From a virus (Duplodnaviria > Caudoviricetes): a stretch of DNA of 64,000 nt. Shown in pieces: positions 46,234-55,226 of this stretch (positions are counted from its first letter, which is position 1; the number at the start of each line of letters is the position of its first letter). The stretch lies in IMG/VR virus record IMGVR_UViG_3300033463_000015. One strand, 5' to 3'. The notes beneath the pieces are model-generated. The model searched no databases. It was not told where the DNA came from and worked only from the letters and a program-made list of their open reading frames with translations. Both the position numbers and the translations under genes were made by a program.

Positions 46234-46367
46234 CTGGGTGTAGCGCAGTTTGGTAGCGCATCAGATTTGAAAATCTAGCATAACGGTAATGCTTTATATC
46301 AGAGTTCGATTCTCTGGATTTTCACGGGATCTGAGGGTCGTGAGTTCAAATCTCACCACCCAGACCA
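46234..46367 (+). tRNA. tRNA-Pro (TGG or CGG) with 57-nt tRNA-like insert in the anticodon loop
   Basis: CTGGGTG/CACCCAG-ACCA; TCAGA-TT...GGGA-TCTGA interrupted at 46268-46325. Confidence 0.85.
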
Positions 46368-46535
46368 ACAGGATGGCATGAAACCTGTCACAATCTGCAT
46401 AGCTGAGTGTAGATAAAAACATGCCTATCAGCATTTAGCGCCGTTGGGAACCTTATGGTGGAAGAGCCCTACAAGAAAGAGGCCGAGTAGTATCCGCAAC
46501 TCTTCCGGCGCATTTTTTTATTAAAAGGAGAAAAT

Positions 46536-46946
46536 ATGATAGCAAATATTTGTGAGCATTGCCAACACTTTTTAGAAGATCAAGCAGAATATCATTATTG
46601 CCATGTATGTAATATGGATCATAGTTGTTTTTTACTAAAAAACAAAGAAAAAGTTTTTTATCGTGTAATTACATTTTGTAATTTACCAAAAGAAGATGAC
46701 AATTTTCCACCAGACTATGACACACCAGCTTATTATGAAAATAAAGATGATGCTATTCAATGTGTAAAAGAAAATTGCTGTGATATTTATGAGGGTAGCT
46801 ATCCAGCCGCAATGGTAATTGAAACTGGATTTGGATGCTATCCATATTGCCCCAATCGTTGGTACTTTGAATGGGAAGGCGATTGGAGAACTGGTAAGTA
46901 TGTGCAAAAAGAAGAACCTAAATCATTGGAGCATTGGGGACTATGA
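46536..46946 (+). CDS. Cys-rich hypothetical protein
   Basis: AAGGAG RBS; 136 aa. Confidence 0.65.
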   Translation: MIANICEHCQHFLEDQAEYHYCHVCNMDHSCFLLKNKEKVFYRVITFCNLPKEDDNFPPDYDTPAYYENKDDAIQCVKENCCDIYEGSYPAAMVIETGFGCYPYCPNRWYFEWEGDWRTGKYVQKEEPKSLEHWGL

Positions 46947-46958
46947 AAGGAGATAATT

Positions 46959-47321
46959 ATGGGATACTATACTAGTTATAATCTTGATGTAAAAGGCGTT
47001 GAAAATAAAGAAAGATTTGAAGAATTGCAAAATGCACTAAAACAAATTGGCGTTATATACTATGCTTTAGATAGTGGTGAATATTTAGAGAAAATTAAAC
47101 TTGCTTCATTTTATACTTATGATTCTGCAAAATGGTATGAATATAATGATGATATGAAAAATCTTTCACTTATTTTTCCTAAATTTCTTTTCTGTCTCGA
47201 AGGAGTGGGAGAAGATTGGGATGATAGATGGCGTGCATATTATCATTATGGAGAAAGTGAATTTTGCCCTGCTCAAATTATATTTAAAGAACCAGAACGA
47301 ATTAAATGGAGCGAAGAATGA
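46959..47321 (+). CDS. Hypothetical phage protein
   Basis: MGYYT...KWY...LEGVGEDWDDRWR. Confidence 0.7.
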   Translation: MGYYTSYNLDVKGVENKERFEELQNALKQIGVIYYALDSGEYLEKIKLASFYTYDSAKWYEYNDDMKNLSLIFPKFLFCLEGVGEDWDDRWRAYYHYGESEFCPAQIIFKEPERIKWSEE

Positions 47322-47761
47322 AAATTTACACTTCTTATTGGGCTATGGTACGTCATTTTCCTACCAATCTTATTGGTTTAAATACTACAATTTGGCCTCC
47401 TAAATGGCGGCCACTAGGTAAAGACGCAAGAGGTGTCATTGTTATAGACTGCCCGCCCCTTAAACCCGGAGCCGCGTGTGAAGGTTTATGTAATGGAAAA
47501 TGTAGCCCTAAACATCCACAAGATTGTGAGTTTCTAAATGTATATCAGCGGCAACTAGATGAAATTGATTTTAATCAATTTATGAACTCATTACAAAAAT
47601 TACACGATAAGATTTGTGCTGAAGAAGGATTTGAGGATGTAGATTTTGCTCTCATTGTATATGAGACACCGCAGAATCATTGTAGCGAGCGTTTGCCACT
47701 ATGGATATGGCTTCAAATGAATGGTATTGAACCTCAGGAATTTAACAAAAGTAGTATTTGA
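47318..47761 (+). CDS. Hypothetical protein (DUF488-like)
   Basis: MKIYTSYW start; YETP..HCSER. Confidence 0.55.
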   Translation: MKIYTSYWAMVRHFPTNLIGLNTTIWPPKWRPLGKDARGVIVIDCPPLKPGAACEGLCNGKCSPKHPQDCEFLNVYQRQLDEIDFNQFMNSLQKLHDKICAEEGFEDVDFALIVYETPQNHCSERLPLWIWLQMNGIEPQEFNKSSI

Positions 47762-47815
47762 CAATTATAAAAATTATGATATAATATAATTGAACAAAAG
47801 GAAAGGAGCATTTAT

Positions 47816-48031
47816 ATGAAGCCTAGGGTAATCAAGAATCGCATCGAGTTTAATCTGTATCCTGATGAGGATAGCTATCAGCAGGCTGTAAGTCTTGGTT
47901 TTGATGTAGATCAGGATATGCCGCTTGAAGCGCTTCATCGTATGTGCCGTTATTTTGCGCTATGTCTAGGTTTTGCAGAATCTAGCGTAGATGAGATGTT
48001 CGGTGAAGAAAGTTATAATGACCTCTGTTGA
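47816..48031 (+). CDS. Hypothetical protein
   Basis: Promoter plus AAGGAG RBS. Confidence 0.65.
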   Translation: MKPRVIKNRIEFNLYPDEDSYQQAVSLGFDVDQDMPLEALHRMCRYFALCLGFAESSVDEMFGEESYNDLC

Positions 48032-48200
48032 TATTGACCGACTCTTTAAAGATTTAATTAATTATTGGGGTACAGCTCCATTTGGATTTGTACTCGCGGC
48101 AATCGCAGACGCAGAACAAGCGTGGGAAGAAGAAAACTACGATCGCATTGTAGAATGGGCAGTACAAGAAGGATTTAATTTGGAGGATTATTATGTTTAA
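48018..48200 (+). CDS. Small acidic hypothetical protein
   Basis: Overlaps both neighbours as in a coupled operon. Confidence 0.55.
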   Translation: MTSVDIDRLFKDLINYWGTAPFGFVLAAIADAEQAWEEENYDRIVEWAVQEGFNLEDYYV

Positions 48201-48399
48201 GTATAAGGTTCATTACTGGGATGAAGTTGAAAATAAGAATCTTGATGATACTGGTCTTGTCGCCGCAAAGTCTTGGGGCAAAGCAGTCGAAAAGGTTCGG
48301 GAATATTATGGGCCTAAGAATGTATATAGTATTACCGTTGAGGAATGGGATGAAGTTGTATATGCTGAAGAGGTTCTTAATGGACTAACTGAAGAGTAA
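48193..48399 (+). CDS. Hypothetical protein
   Basis: GGAGG RBS; 68 aa. Confidence 0.65.
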   Translation: MFKYKVHYWDEVENKNLDDTGLVAAKSWGKAVEKVREYYGPKNVYSITVEEWDEVVYAEEVLNGLTEE

Positions 48400-48419
48400 T
48401 CGCGGCGAAAGCCGCATAT

Positions 48420-48705
48420 GCGGGTATGGCGGAATAGGCAGACGCCACAGACTTTAATAAAAAGAGCACTAGAATAGGAAACTTTCTGAGTGAATGCTGG
48501 CTAATTCGGTGAAAGTCCTTATGGGATAACGCCGAGCTAAATGGTTTAAAACCTAAATGTGTAGAGACTATATACCAGCCACCTAAATCATAAGATATGG
48601 TGAAGACATAGTCCAGACTACAACGTGTAAGCGGCCATAGTAATATGGAGTAGTAGGAAAATCTGTTGCCCTCTGGGCGTGCCGGTTCAAGTCCGGCTAC
48701 CCGTA
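48420..48705 (+). tRNA. tRNA-Leu(TAA) with group I intron
   Basis: Exons 48420-48454 + 48658-48705 give ACAGA-CT-TAA-AA-TCTGT; Leu-type D arm. Confidence 0.85.
48455..48657 (+). ncRNA. Group I intron (203 nt), after U34
   Basis: AATTCGGTGAAA / AACGCCGAGC / GTAGAGACTA / AAGACATAGTCC core; IGS GAG pairs CTT; terminal G. Confidence 0.85.
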
Positions 48706-48756
48706 CTTATAATCAAAACACCTCCCTTTCTCTACGCGGCGGAAACGCCGCATTAT

Positions 48757-48844
48757 GCCCTCGTGCCGCAGCTAGTGAGACGGGGTAGTCTCAAAAACTA
48801 CTACACAAGAAACATCGTGGGCGCACATCCCACCGAGGGTACCA
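48757..48844 (+). tRNA. tRNA-Leu(CAA), non-canonical T loop
   Basis: GTAGT-CTCAAAA-ACTAC; CCA. Confidence 0.75.
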
Positions 48845-48918
48845 GTGGCTTTTAGAACAAAAGAGGTTAGCCTGCGCAAGAACCCATATGTCGTTGCGGT
48901 GACGTGAAGCCGCACCAC

Positions 48919-48989
48919 GCACCATTAGTGTAATGGCAACATTCCTGCCTTCCAAGCAGTAGTTGGCGGTTCAAATCCGCTATGGTGCT
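48919..48989 (+). tRNA. tRNA-Gly(TCC)
   Basis: CTGC-CTTCCAA-GCAG. Confidence 0.85.
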
Positions 48990-49366
48990 TTGGGGAGGAG
49001 TTAAAAGCGTCCTCTCTCTGGTGCAATGCGGTAATACCTGTATACGGGTCCCAAAAGTTACCCTACCAGTAGTTAGAAGTCTGTAAAACTTCCATTGGGC
49101 TGGCTGAGAGGCCCGGGTCCACCTTGTAGGTTTCGCTTGACCGCAGGGGATGTATTCCCGAAACAAGCATTTAATATTATAAGCTGCCGACGCCTCTGCT
49201 GACGAGCAAGCGTACCACGGGGCAATGGGCTCGTTAATAACCTCCTCAAAACCGAGGAAGTAGGTACCTTGAGCCCTTCATTAATCAATAGGAGTCTTGA
49301 GCGGTTATTAGACTTAATACTCAACCGACCGATCGTACGCGGCAAAACAAATCCTATTGACGTTAT

Positions 49367-49453
49367 GCAGATGTGGCTGAGTGGTCTAAAGCAGCGGTTT
49401 GCTAAACCGTCGTACTTTCATCGGTACCGAAGGTTCAAATCCTTCCATCTGCG
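49367..49453 (+). tRNA. tRNA-Ser(GCT)
   Basis: GCGGT-TTGCTAA-ACCGT; long variable arm. Confidence 0.9.
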
Positions 49454-49471
49454 CTTTAAGGAGATGATTCT

Positions 49472-49735
49472 ATGGAAAATAAAGAAAATACTTCGATGTT
49501 AGAGGGATGGCGTTGCCCTTAGTGTGGAGCAGTAATGTCTCCATTTGTACGTAGCTGTGTAAATTGTGTTGGTAAATCTTCGCCTACAGTTGTTCAACCA
49601 AATACGACTACTCCATTAACTGAGCCATATCCATCTACAACTACACCTATATATGAAGAAGTTCCTTGGTGGATAACATACAATAGACCAATTACTATTA
49701 CTTGTGAAACAAAACCAGTTCAATGCTGGTTGTAA
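49472..49735 (+). CDS. Zn-ribbon small protein
   Basis: GWRCP(Q)CG...CVNC, TAG inside the CxxC. Confidence 0.65.
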
Positions 49736-49741
49736 AGGAGA

Positions 49742-49984
49742 ATGATTATGGATAGATTACGTATTCGTATTTTAAGCCAGAATGATGTAGTCTCGCTAGT
49801 AAATAGTCTAAATACTTGGACTGATAAGTTTATTCTTGAAAGTGAAGATGGCACTTATAGAGTAAATGCCAAGAGCGTTCTTGGTGTTCTTTACTTTGTG
49901 TCTGAACACCCAATGGATACTTATCTTATAAATATGACTAGCGGCGGCTACTACCCTGATGGTGCTATGCGTTTTCGCTTTTGA
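49742..49984 (+). CDS. HPr-fold protein
   Basis: VNAKSVLGVL resembles the HPr Ser46 motif; no His15 motif. Confidence 0.6.
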   Translation: MIMDRLRIRILSQNDVVSLVNSLNTWTDKFILESEDGTYRVNAKSVLGVLYFVSEHPMDTYLINMTSGGYYPDGAMRFRF

Positions 49985-49997
49985 AAGCGCAATTTAA

Positions 49998-50069
49998 TGA
50001 GGATTCGTATAACGGCGAGTACACACGGCTTTGACCCGGGTAGCGATGGTTCGATTCCATCATCCTCAG
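49998..50069 (+). tRNA. tRNA-Gln(TTG)
   Basis: U1-A72; CGG-CTTTGAC-CCG; G73. Confidence 0.85.
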
Positions 50070-50074
50070 CTTAT

Positions 50075-50163
50075 GGGCATGTGGCCGAGTGGTTTAAGGC
50101 GGCGGTCTTGAAAACCGTTGATGTGATGAACATCCGTGGGTTCAAATCCTACCGTGCCCGTCA
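50075..50163 (+). tRNA. tRNA-Ser(TGA)
   Basis: GCGGT-CTTGAAA-ACCGT; long variable arm. Confidence 0.9.
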
Positions 50164-50184
50164 ATCTTATAAGGTGGTGATACT

Positions 50185-50451
50185 ATGCGCGAAACAGCTG
50201 AACGACGTCATAATGATTGGACAAAGGCTATTCGTAAGCGTAATTTATATCCCGATTATTATGATAATCTGCACCAATATAGTAAAAATAAAATTCATTG
50301 CTCTTGTCCAATGTGCGCGAGAAAATCTAACAATAAAGGCATATACGCCTTCTATCATGGATCGCATAATTTAACCATTGCGGACCGCCGCAGACAAGAA
50401 GAAATGGATGACCAACTTGAAGATTTGACTTTTGACGAAATTGATGTATAA
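50185..50451 (+). CDS. Hypothetical protein
   Basis: IHCSCPMC motif. Confidence 0.65.
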   Translation: MRETAERRHNDWTKAIRKRNLYPDYYDNLHQYSKNKIHCSCPMCARKSNNKGIYAFYHGSHNLTIADRRRQEEMDDQLEDLTFDEIDV

Positions 50452-50475
50452 TATAATTGTAGAAAGGAGATAAGT

Positions 50476-50961
50476 ATGCCTACATTGTATATTATGTGCG
50501 GTATTCCGGGGTCTGGTAAAACTTATTTTGCACGGAATTTTCTTCGTGCAGATGTAACAGTATCTCGTGATAATATTCGTTTCATGATGCTGGATGATAA
50601 TGAACAGTATTTTGACCATGAGGCTGAAGTATTTAACGAATTTGTAAAAACTCTTGTGCATCATCTTCATCATTTTGAAACAGTGGTAGCGGATGCGACT
50701 CATCTCAACATCTGGTCACGTAAAAAGCTTACAAATGCTATTGACAAATATATTACGGATTATCGCATCGTATATGTGGTATGCGCTCCTTCACTACAGG
50801 TATGCCTCTATCGTAACAGCAAGCGCACTGGCCGTTCTCGAGTACCAGACGAAATCGTAAAAGAAATGGCCGACAAATTTCATCCGCCCGTAACTGACGC
50901 TTATAAATTGGAAGATGAGCGAGCAGTAGGAGTTTGGTGGATTAATGGCGAACCAAAATGA
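50476..50961 (+). CDS. P-loop kinase (polynucleotide kinase/AAA_33-like)
   Basis: GIPGSGKT, SRDNIR, DATHL and RNSKR lid motif. Confidence 0.8.
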   Translation: MPTLYIMCGIPGSGKTYFARNFLRADVTVSRDNIRFMMLDDNEQYFDHEAEVFNEFVKTLVHHLHHFETVVADATHLNIWSRKKLTNAIDKYITDYRIVYVVCAPSLQVCLYRNSKRTGRSRVPDEIVKEMADKFHPPVTDAYKLEDERAVGVWWINGEPK

Positions 50962-51572
50962 ATAACATTTGGTTTACAAGCGATACACATTTCTTTCACG
51001 AGCAATCATTCATTTACGAACCTCGCGGTTTTACTACCACTATGGAAATGAATGAAGCGATAGTAGAACGATGGAACGAGGTAGTCCAAGAAGAAGATAC
51101 TGTCTATCATCTCGGCGATGTATTAATGGGACATTATGATGTTAATATCCTAAAAAGACTAAACGGTAATATATTTTTAATTCGCGGCAATCACGATACA
51201 TTGCAGAAAATTAGCGACATCTACGAAACTGGCAAGGTAACTAATATTATACACACTAGCGAACTTTTAAAGTTCGGCAAACTAAATTTCTTTTGTTGCC
51301 ATTATCCAGTTCTTACTGCTAATTTTGATGATAAGCATTTTTCGCAGCATATTATTTCCCTACATGGTCATTCACATCAAACTTCTAACTGGCTATTTCC
51401 TGAAAACCCATTTATTTATCATGTTGGACTTGATTCGCACGATTGTAAGCCTGTTCATCTAGACGAAATTACTACGGATATACGAAATAGATGGAATCAA
51501 TTAGGCTAGCTTCCAATCATGTTAAATAAAGATTATCATAAAAATTTCACCTCCGAAGAAAGTCAAGATTAA
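50958..51572 (+). CDS. Calcineurin-like metallophosphoesterase
   Basis: SDTHFFH, HLGD, GNHD, HYP and HGHSH; TAG 51507 read through to TAA 51570. Confidence 0.85.
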
Positions 51573-51636
51573 TTTCTTGACTTTTTTTAAATTTATAGTA
51601 TAATATAAATGTAAAGAGGAAAGGGGAGATTATAGG

Positions 51637-52488
51637 ATGGCAGTCGCTAAATCTTATGAGAATATGGAAATTATGGGCGAGCCTTATGCGCATGATGGCG
51701 ATGCTAAAAAGCTTTATGTGCGGGTGAAAGGTCCGTGCCATCGGTGTGGCGGCTCCGGCCAGTATTCCTATAATCCTATGGATGGCACTCGTTGTCTTGC
51801 TTGCCGCGGTTGTGGCTATGAAATCAAGGAAGTCCGCTGGTATACTGACAAACAGCGTGAAGCTCTTGACCGCGCGGCTGAAAAGCGTGCTGCGGCCAAA
51901 GCTGTGAAGGTTGAAGAGCGGCGTGTGAAGTTCGCGGCTCGTAATGCCTTTGGCTTTGGTGAAGCTGGTTTCATCACTCTTTTCAAGGGTGATAACACCA
52001 TTCTTAATGATTGGGCTCATGAAACCAATCCCTGCCGTGCTCGGTTTAATCTCCTGTTCGGCTGGTTCTGCCCTTCTAAGCTTGAGATTGTTAATCTTCC
52101 CGCTGAAATTACTCCTGTTGTCCTCAAGTGGGAGGATGTTCACAATCCCGATGATCCGGAAGACCTGACTATGCGCGATGAAGCCGAAGTCCGCAAGCTC
52201 ATTCACGAACTACTTGATGATCAGAGCAAGAGTGAATATCAGGGTGAAGTCGGTGATTGGCTTGAGCGCGAAGTTACCATTAAGAAGAATGTTCCTGTTA
52301 ATGGCCGCTTTGGTGAAAGCCGCGTCCATATTATGGAAGATACTGATGGCAACGAATATGTTTGGATTACTGCTTCCAAAAACCTTGAAGTTGGCTTTAA
52401 GTGCGTGATGCGCATGAAGGTCAAGGAGCACAAGGAATATAATGATGTGAAGCAGACTGTCGTTTACTACTGCAAAATGAAAGGATGA
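51637..52488 (+). CDS. Hypothetical protein with Zn-finger and C-terminal OB-fold-like domain
   Basis: CHRCGGSG...CLACRG; VKEHKEYNDVKQT. Confidence 0.7.
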   Translation: MAVAKSYENMEIMGEPYAHDGDAKKLYVRVKGPCHRCGGSGQYSYNPMDGTRCLACRGCGYEIKEVRWYTDKQREALDRAAEKRAAAKAVKVEERRVKFAARNAFGFGEAGFITLFKGDNTILNDWAHETNPCRARFNLLFGWFCPSKLEIVNLPAEITPVVLKWEDVHNPDDPEDLTMRDEAEVRKLIHELLDDQSKSEYQGEVGDWLEREVTIKKNVPVNGRFGESRVHIMEDTDGNEYVWITASKNLEVGFKCVMRMKVKEHKEYNDVKQTVVYYCKMKG

Positions 52489-52736
52489 TGAATATGACTC
52501 TGTATTTTGAGAATAGTCACGGTGTATGGCGCCCTATTGCGGAATGCGCTAACAAGGTTGATGTTGCTATTGCTATCAAGAGATTTCTCGATGAGCATAA
52601 TTACAAGAGCTATTATACTCGCATTTGGGATGAAGATGGCTGGCGGCATTATGATGTTGGCAGCTGGAGCGAGTTCTTTCATTGGCAGATGAGTTCGGAG
52701 GCTAAGATTCCTAATGGTAACGAGAGCAGCAGTTAA
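52485..52736 (+). CDS. Hypothetical protein
   Basis: YYTRIW...YDVGSWSEFF. Confidence 0.65.
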   Translation: MMNMTLYFENSHGVWRPIAECANKVDVAIAIKRFLDEHNYKSYYTRIWDEDGWRHYDVGSWSEFFHWQMSSEAKIPNGNESSS

Positions 52737-52980
52737 AATCTTTGATAATAAACAACAAAAAGAAATTATTATTCCATGCCATCGACATTGCGATGCTTTT
52801 CAGATTTTACATAATTTTGGATATACTATTAGAGATTTTAAAGAATTAGGACAGGGTTTCTTAAATGAGCATGATGAATATATGAGCCGTTTAGAAGCCA
52901 TGAAAGAAGCTAAACGATGCCGTCAAGTGTCAGATTTTAAATTAGTGACTAGTGAATTATATAGTGAAGATTTGTGGTAA
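52714..52980 (+). CDS. Hypothetical protein
   Basis: HRHCD...QGFL...LYSEDLW. Confidence 0.7.
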   Translation: MVTRAAVKIFDNKQQKEIIIPCHRHCDAFQILHNFGYTIRDFKELGQGFLNEHDEYMSRLEAMKEAKRCRQVSDFKLVTSELYSEDLW

Positions 52981-52991
52981 GGAGTTAAAAT

Positions 52992-54212
52992 ATGTTAAAT
53001 TCAAAACAGGAACGCGAATTAGCTTATGTAGGAATTATTGATGGTATTGAACCCATCCTCGGATATGACCGTGTTGAACACGCTATTGTTGGCGGCTGGC
53101 GTGTTATTGTTCAGAAGGGTCAATTTAATGTAGGTGATCCGGCTATCTACTTTGAAATTGATTCCCGCGTGCCTTCTGATAAAGAATGCTTTGCTTTCCT
53201 TGAGAAGCGGCATTATAAGGTAAAAACGCTGAAGATGTGTAAGACTCTTTCACAAGGTTTGCTTATGCACGCCGAAGATTTTGGTTGGCACATAGGACTA
53301 AATTGTGGAGTGATGATGATTTATGATGGAGAAGAATGGCATAATCCTCTTGATGAATCCCGCTTCCTGACTAAACAACTTGGCGTAACTTACGCCGATG
53401 AAGAAGACAATCAGCGTAAGGCTCCTACTGTAGATAAGTATAAGAAAATGGCCGCTCGTCATCCCGAAATTTTCAAGAAATCTTGGGCTAAGTGGATGAT
53501 GAAACATAATTTTGGCCGCAAAGTGATGTTTTTCTTCTTTGGTAAAAAGAAAGATAAGAAGAATGGTTGGCCTTCTTGGGTTCAAAAGACCGATGAAGAG
53601 CGAGTGCAAAATATGCCTTGGATTCTAAATGATGATGGTGATTGGATTGCCACTGAGAAGATTGATGGAACTAGCACTACTTTCTCTATGAAGCGTGGTA
53701 AATTTAGACATAAATCTTTCTATGTCTGTTCCCGCAATGTATGCTTTGGAGAAGAAAGTAAAGAATGCTATTATGATACCAATGTATACTGGGAAATGGC
53801 TAAGCAATATGATATGTTCAAGGTACTATCTAATTTGTTGGCCGCTTATCCTAATGAAGAATGGATTACCATTCAAGGTGAAACTTTTGGTGATGGTATC
53901 CAGCGGCGAGATTACTCTCTCTGCGGTGAACACGATTTTCTAGCATTTAATCTAATTTTCTCATCTCGCGGTCGTGTAGGAACTCTTGAAATGATTGATA
54001 TTCTCGATCCATATGGAATTGAATGCGTGCCTGTGCTTAATTGTAAGATGAAAATTAATCAATTTGAAAATGTAGATGCTATTCTTACTTATGCAGAAGG
54101 TAAATCTTGTCTGGATAATTTACCTCGCGAAGGTATCGTATTCCGTTCTACTGATGGCTCTAAATCTTTTAAAGCTGTAAGTAATAGTTTTCTTCTAAAG
54201 TATCACTCTTAA
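52992..54212 (+). CDS. RNA ligase (DRB0094/Rnl2-Rnl5-like) with N-terminal OB-like domain
   Basis: YFEIDS, KTDEERVQN, TEKIDGTS, IQGE, REGIVF and SFKAVSNSFL. Confidence 0.85.
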   Translation: MLNSKQERELAYVGIIDGIEPILGYDRVEHAIVGGWRVIVQKGQFNVGDPAIYFEIDSRVPSDKECFAFLEKRHYKVKTLKMCKTLSQGLLMHAEDFGWHIGLNCGVMMIYDGEEWHNPLDESRFLTKQLGVTYADEEDNQRKAPTVDKYKKMAARHPEIFKKSWAKWMMKHNFGRKVMFFFFGKKKDKKNGWPSWVQKTDEERVQNMPWILNDDGDWIATEKIDGTSTTFSMKRGKFRHKSFYVCSRNVCFGEESKECYYDTNVYWEMAKQYDMFKVLSNLLAAYPNEEWITIQGETFGDGIQRRDYSLCGEHDFLAFNLIFSSRGRVGTLEMIDILDPYGIECVPVLNCKMKINQFENVDAILTYAEGKSCLDNLPREGIVFRSTDGSKSFKAVSNSFLLKYHS

Positions 54213-54291
54213 TTTGTAAGTCAAGGATAAAACCTTGACTTTTTTCTAATTCATGTTATAATAATTATAGAATAAAGAAAGGAGAAAATCT

Positions 54292-54498
54292 ATGACACAA
54301 GCACCAGTAGATACACTTCACGAAAAGCATAAGCAATATCTTTTTGAACATTCACCCGCCGATCGTATTATTGAAGATCGCGGCATTTATAGAGGTCGTG
54401 GTGAGCCAACTAGTGAGTTTGTTATTAGTGCTGGCGGTGATGTAAGTGTGTATCGTGTAGTTGGTCGTGGCCCTAATTTTAGACTATATGAGAGGTAA
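54292..54498 (+). CDS. Hypothetical protein
   Basis: Promoter plus RBS. Confidence 0.6.
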   Translation: MTQAPVDTLHEKHKQYLFEHSPADRIIEDRGIYRGRGEPTSEFVISAGGDVSVYRVVGRGPNFRLYER

Positions 54499-54500
54499 TT

Positions 54501-54911
54501 ATGAGACTTTGGCATACTAAACTAATTTCTGTCCTACCGCGAGAACAGCTTGTAGCGCAATGGCGCGAACTTAGTAGCATCGCGGGCGCCATCCAGAAAA
54601 ATGGCACTCCTAATCATGTACTTGTTAATTTCGTAATGGATTATAGTTATGACCATTTTATCTCATATGCTTACTACGTGCGACAAGAAATGTCTCGTCG
54701 TGGTTATCGTACTATGAATAGCGTTTGGGATAAGATTTGTTCTCTAGAGCCTAATTGGAAATGTCTACTTCTAGATGAAGTTTATCAGCCTAAAATGGAT
54801 AAATTTTATCTTACTGTATGCTATTATAATCTATACGAAAAATATGATTGCGGTATGTTCAAAGATTTTGATGCAATTCAAGATGTATGGAGGAAAGAAA
54901 TTGCCGATTGA
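54501..54911 (+). CDS. Pyrimidine-dimer DNA glycosylase-like (DenV family)
   Basis: MRLWH..LISVLPREQLVAQWRE...EMSRRGY. Confidence 0.75.
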   Translation: MRLWHTKLISVLPREQLVAQWRELSSIAGAIQKNGTPNHVLVNFVMDYSYDHFISYAYYVRQEMSRRGYRTMNSVWDKICSLEPNWKCLLLDEVYQPKMDKFYLTVCYYNLYEKYDCGMFKDFDAIQDVWRKEIAD

Positions 54912-55226
54912 TTATGATGCCTTATGGGATGAGGCGTATGAAATGGCTTGCCAACGTGGCCACGAAGAAGGTACTTATGGAATTGATTATGAGGAAGAAG
55001 ATGTTGAACGTTGGGCGGAGGACTATTACTATTATCTAAAGGACTTAAAAGAGGTAGAAAGTGATGAATAAAGAACTATTAAGGCTCAAGTATGAATATA
55101 GAATTAAGTTACTAATGGCTCGCAATGAAGTTGGTAATATGGGAATTATCAATAAGTTGAAGAGAAAATTGAGAAATCTTGAAGCCCGCTAAAAAGCGGG
55201 TTTCTTTTTATTTGCGGGGTGAAGAA

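Noticed and set aside
48715-48735. Anti-Shine-Dalgarno-like CACCTCCCTTTCT after tRNA-Leu
   Set aside because: Too short to distinguish from chance or a minus-strand RBS; no supporting structure
34370-50374. ORFs overlapping tRNAs/tmRNA (e.g. 36414, 37788, 42306, 44065, 49269, 49997)
   Set aside because: They coincide with clear RNA cloverleaves
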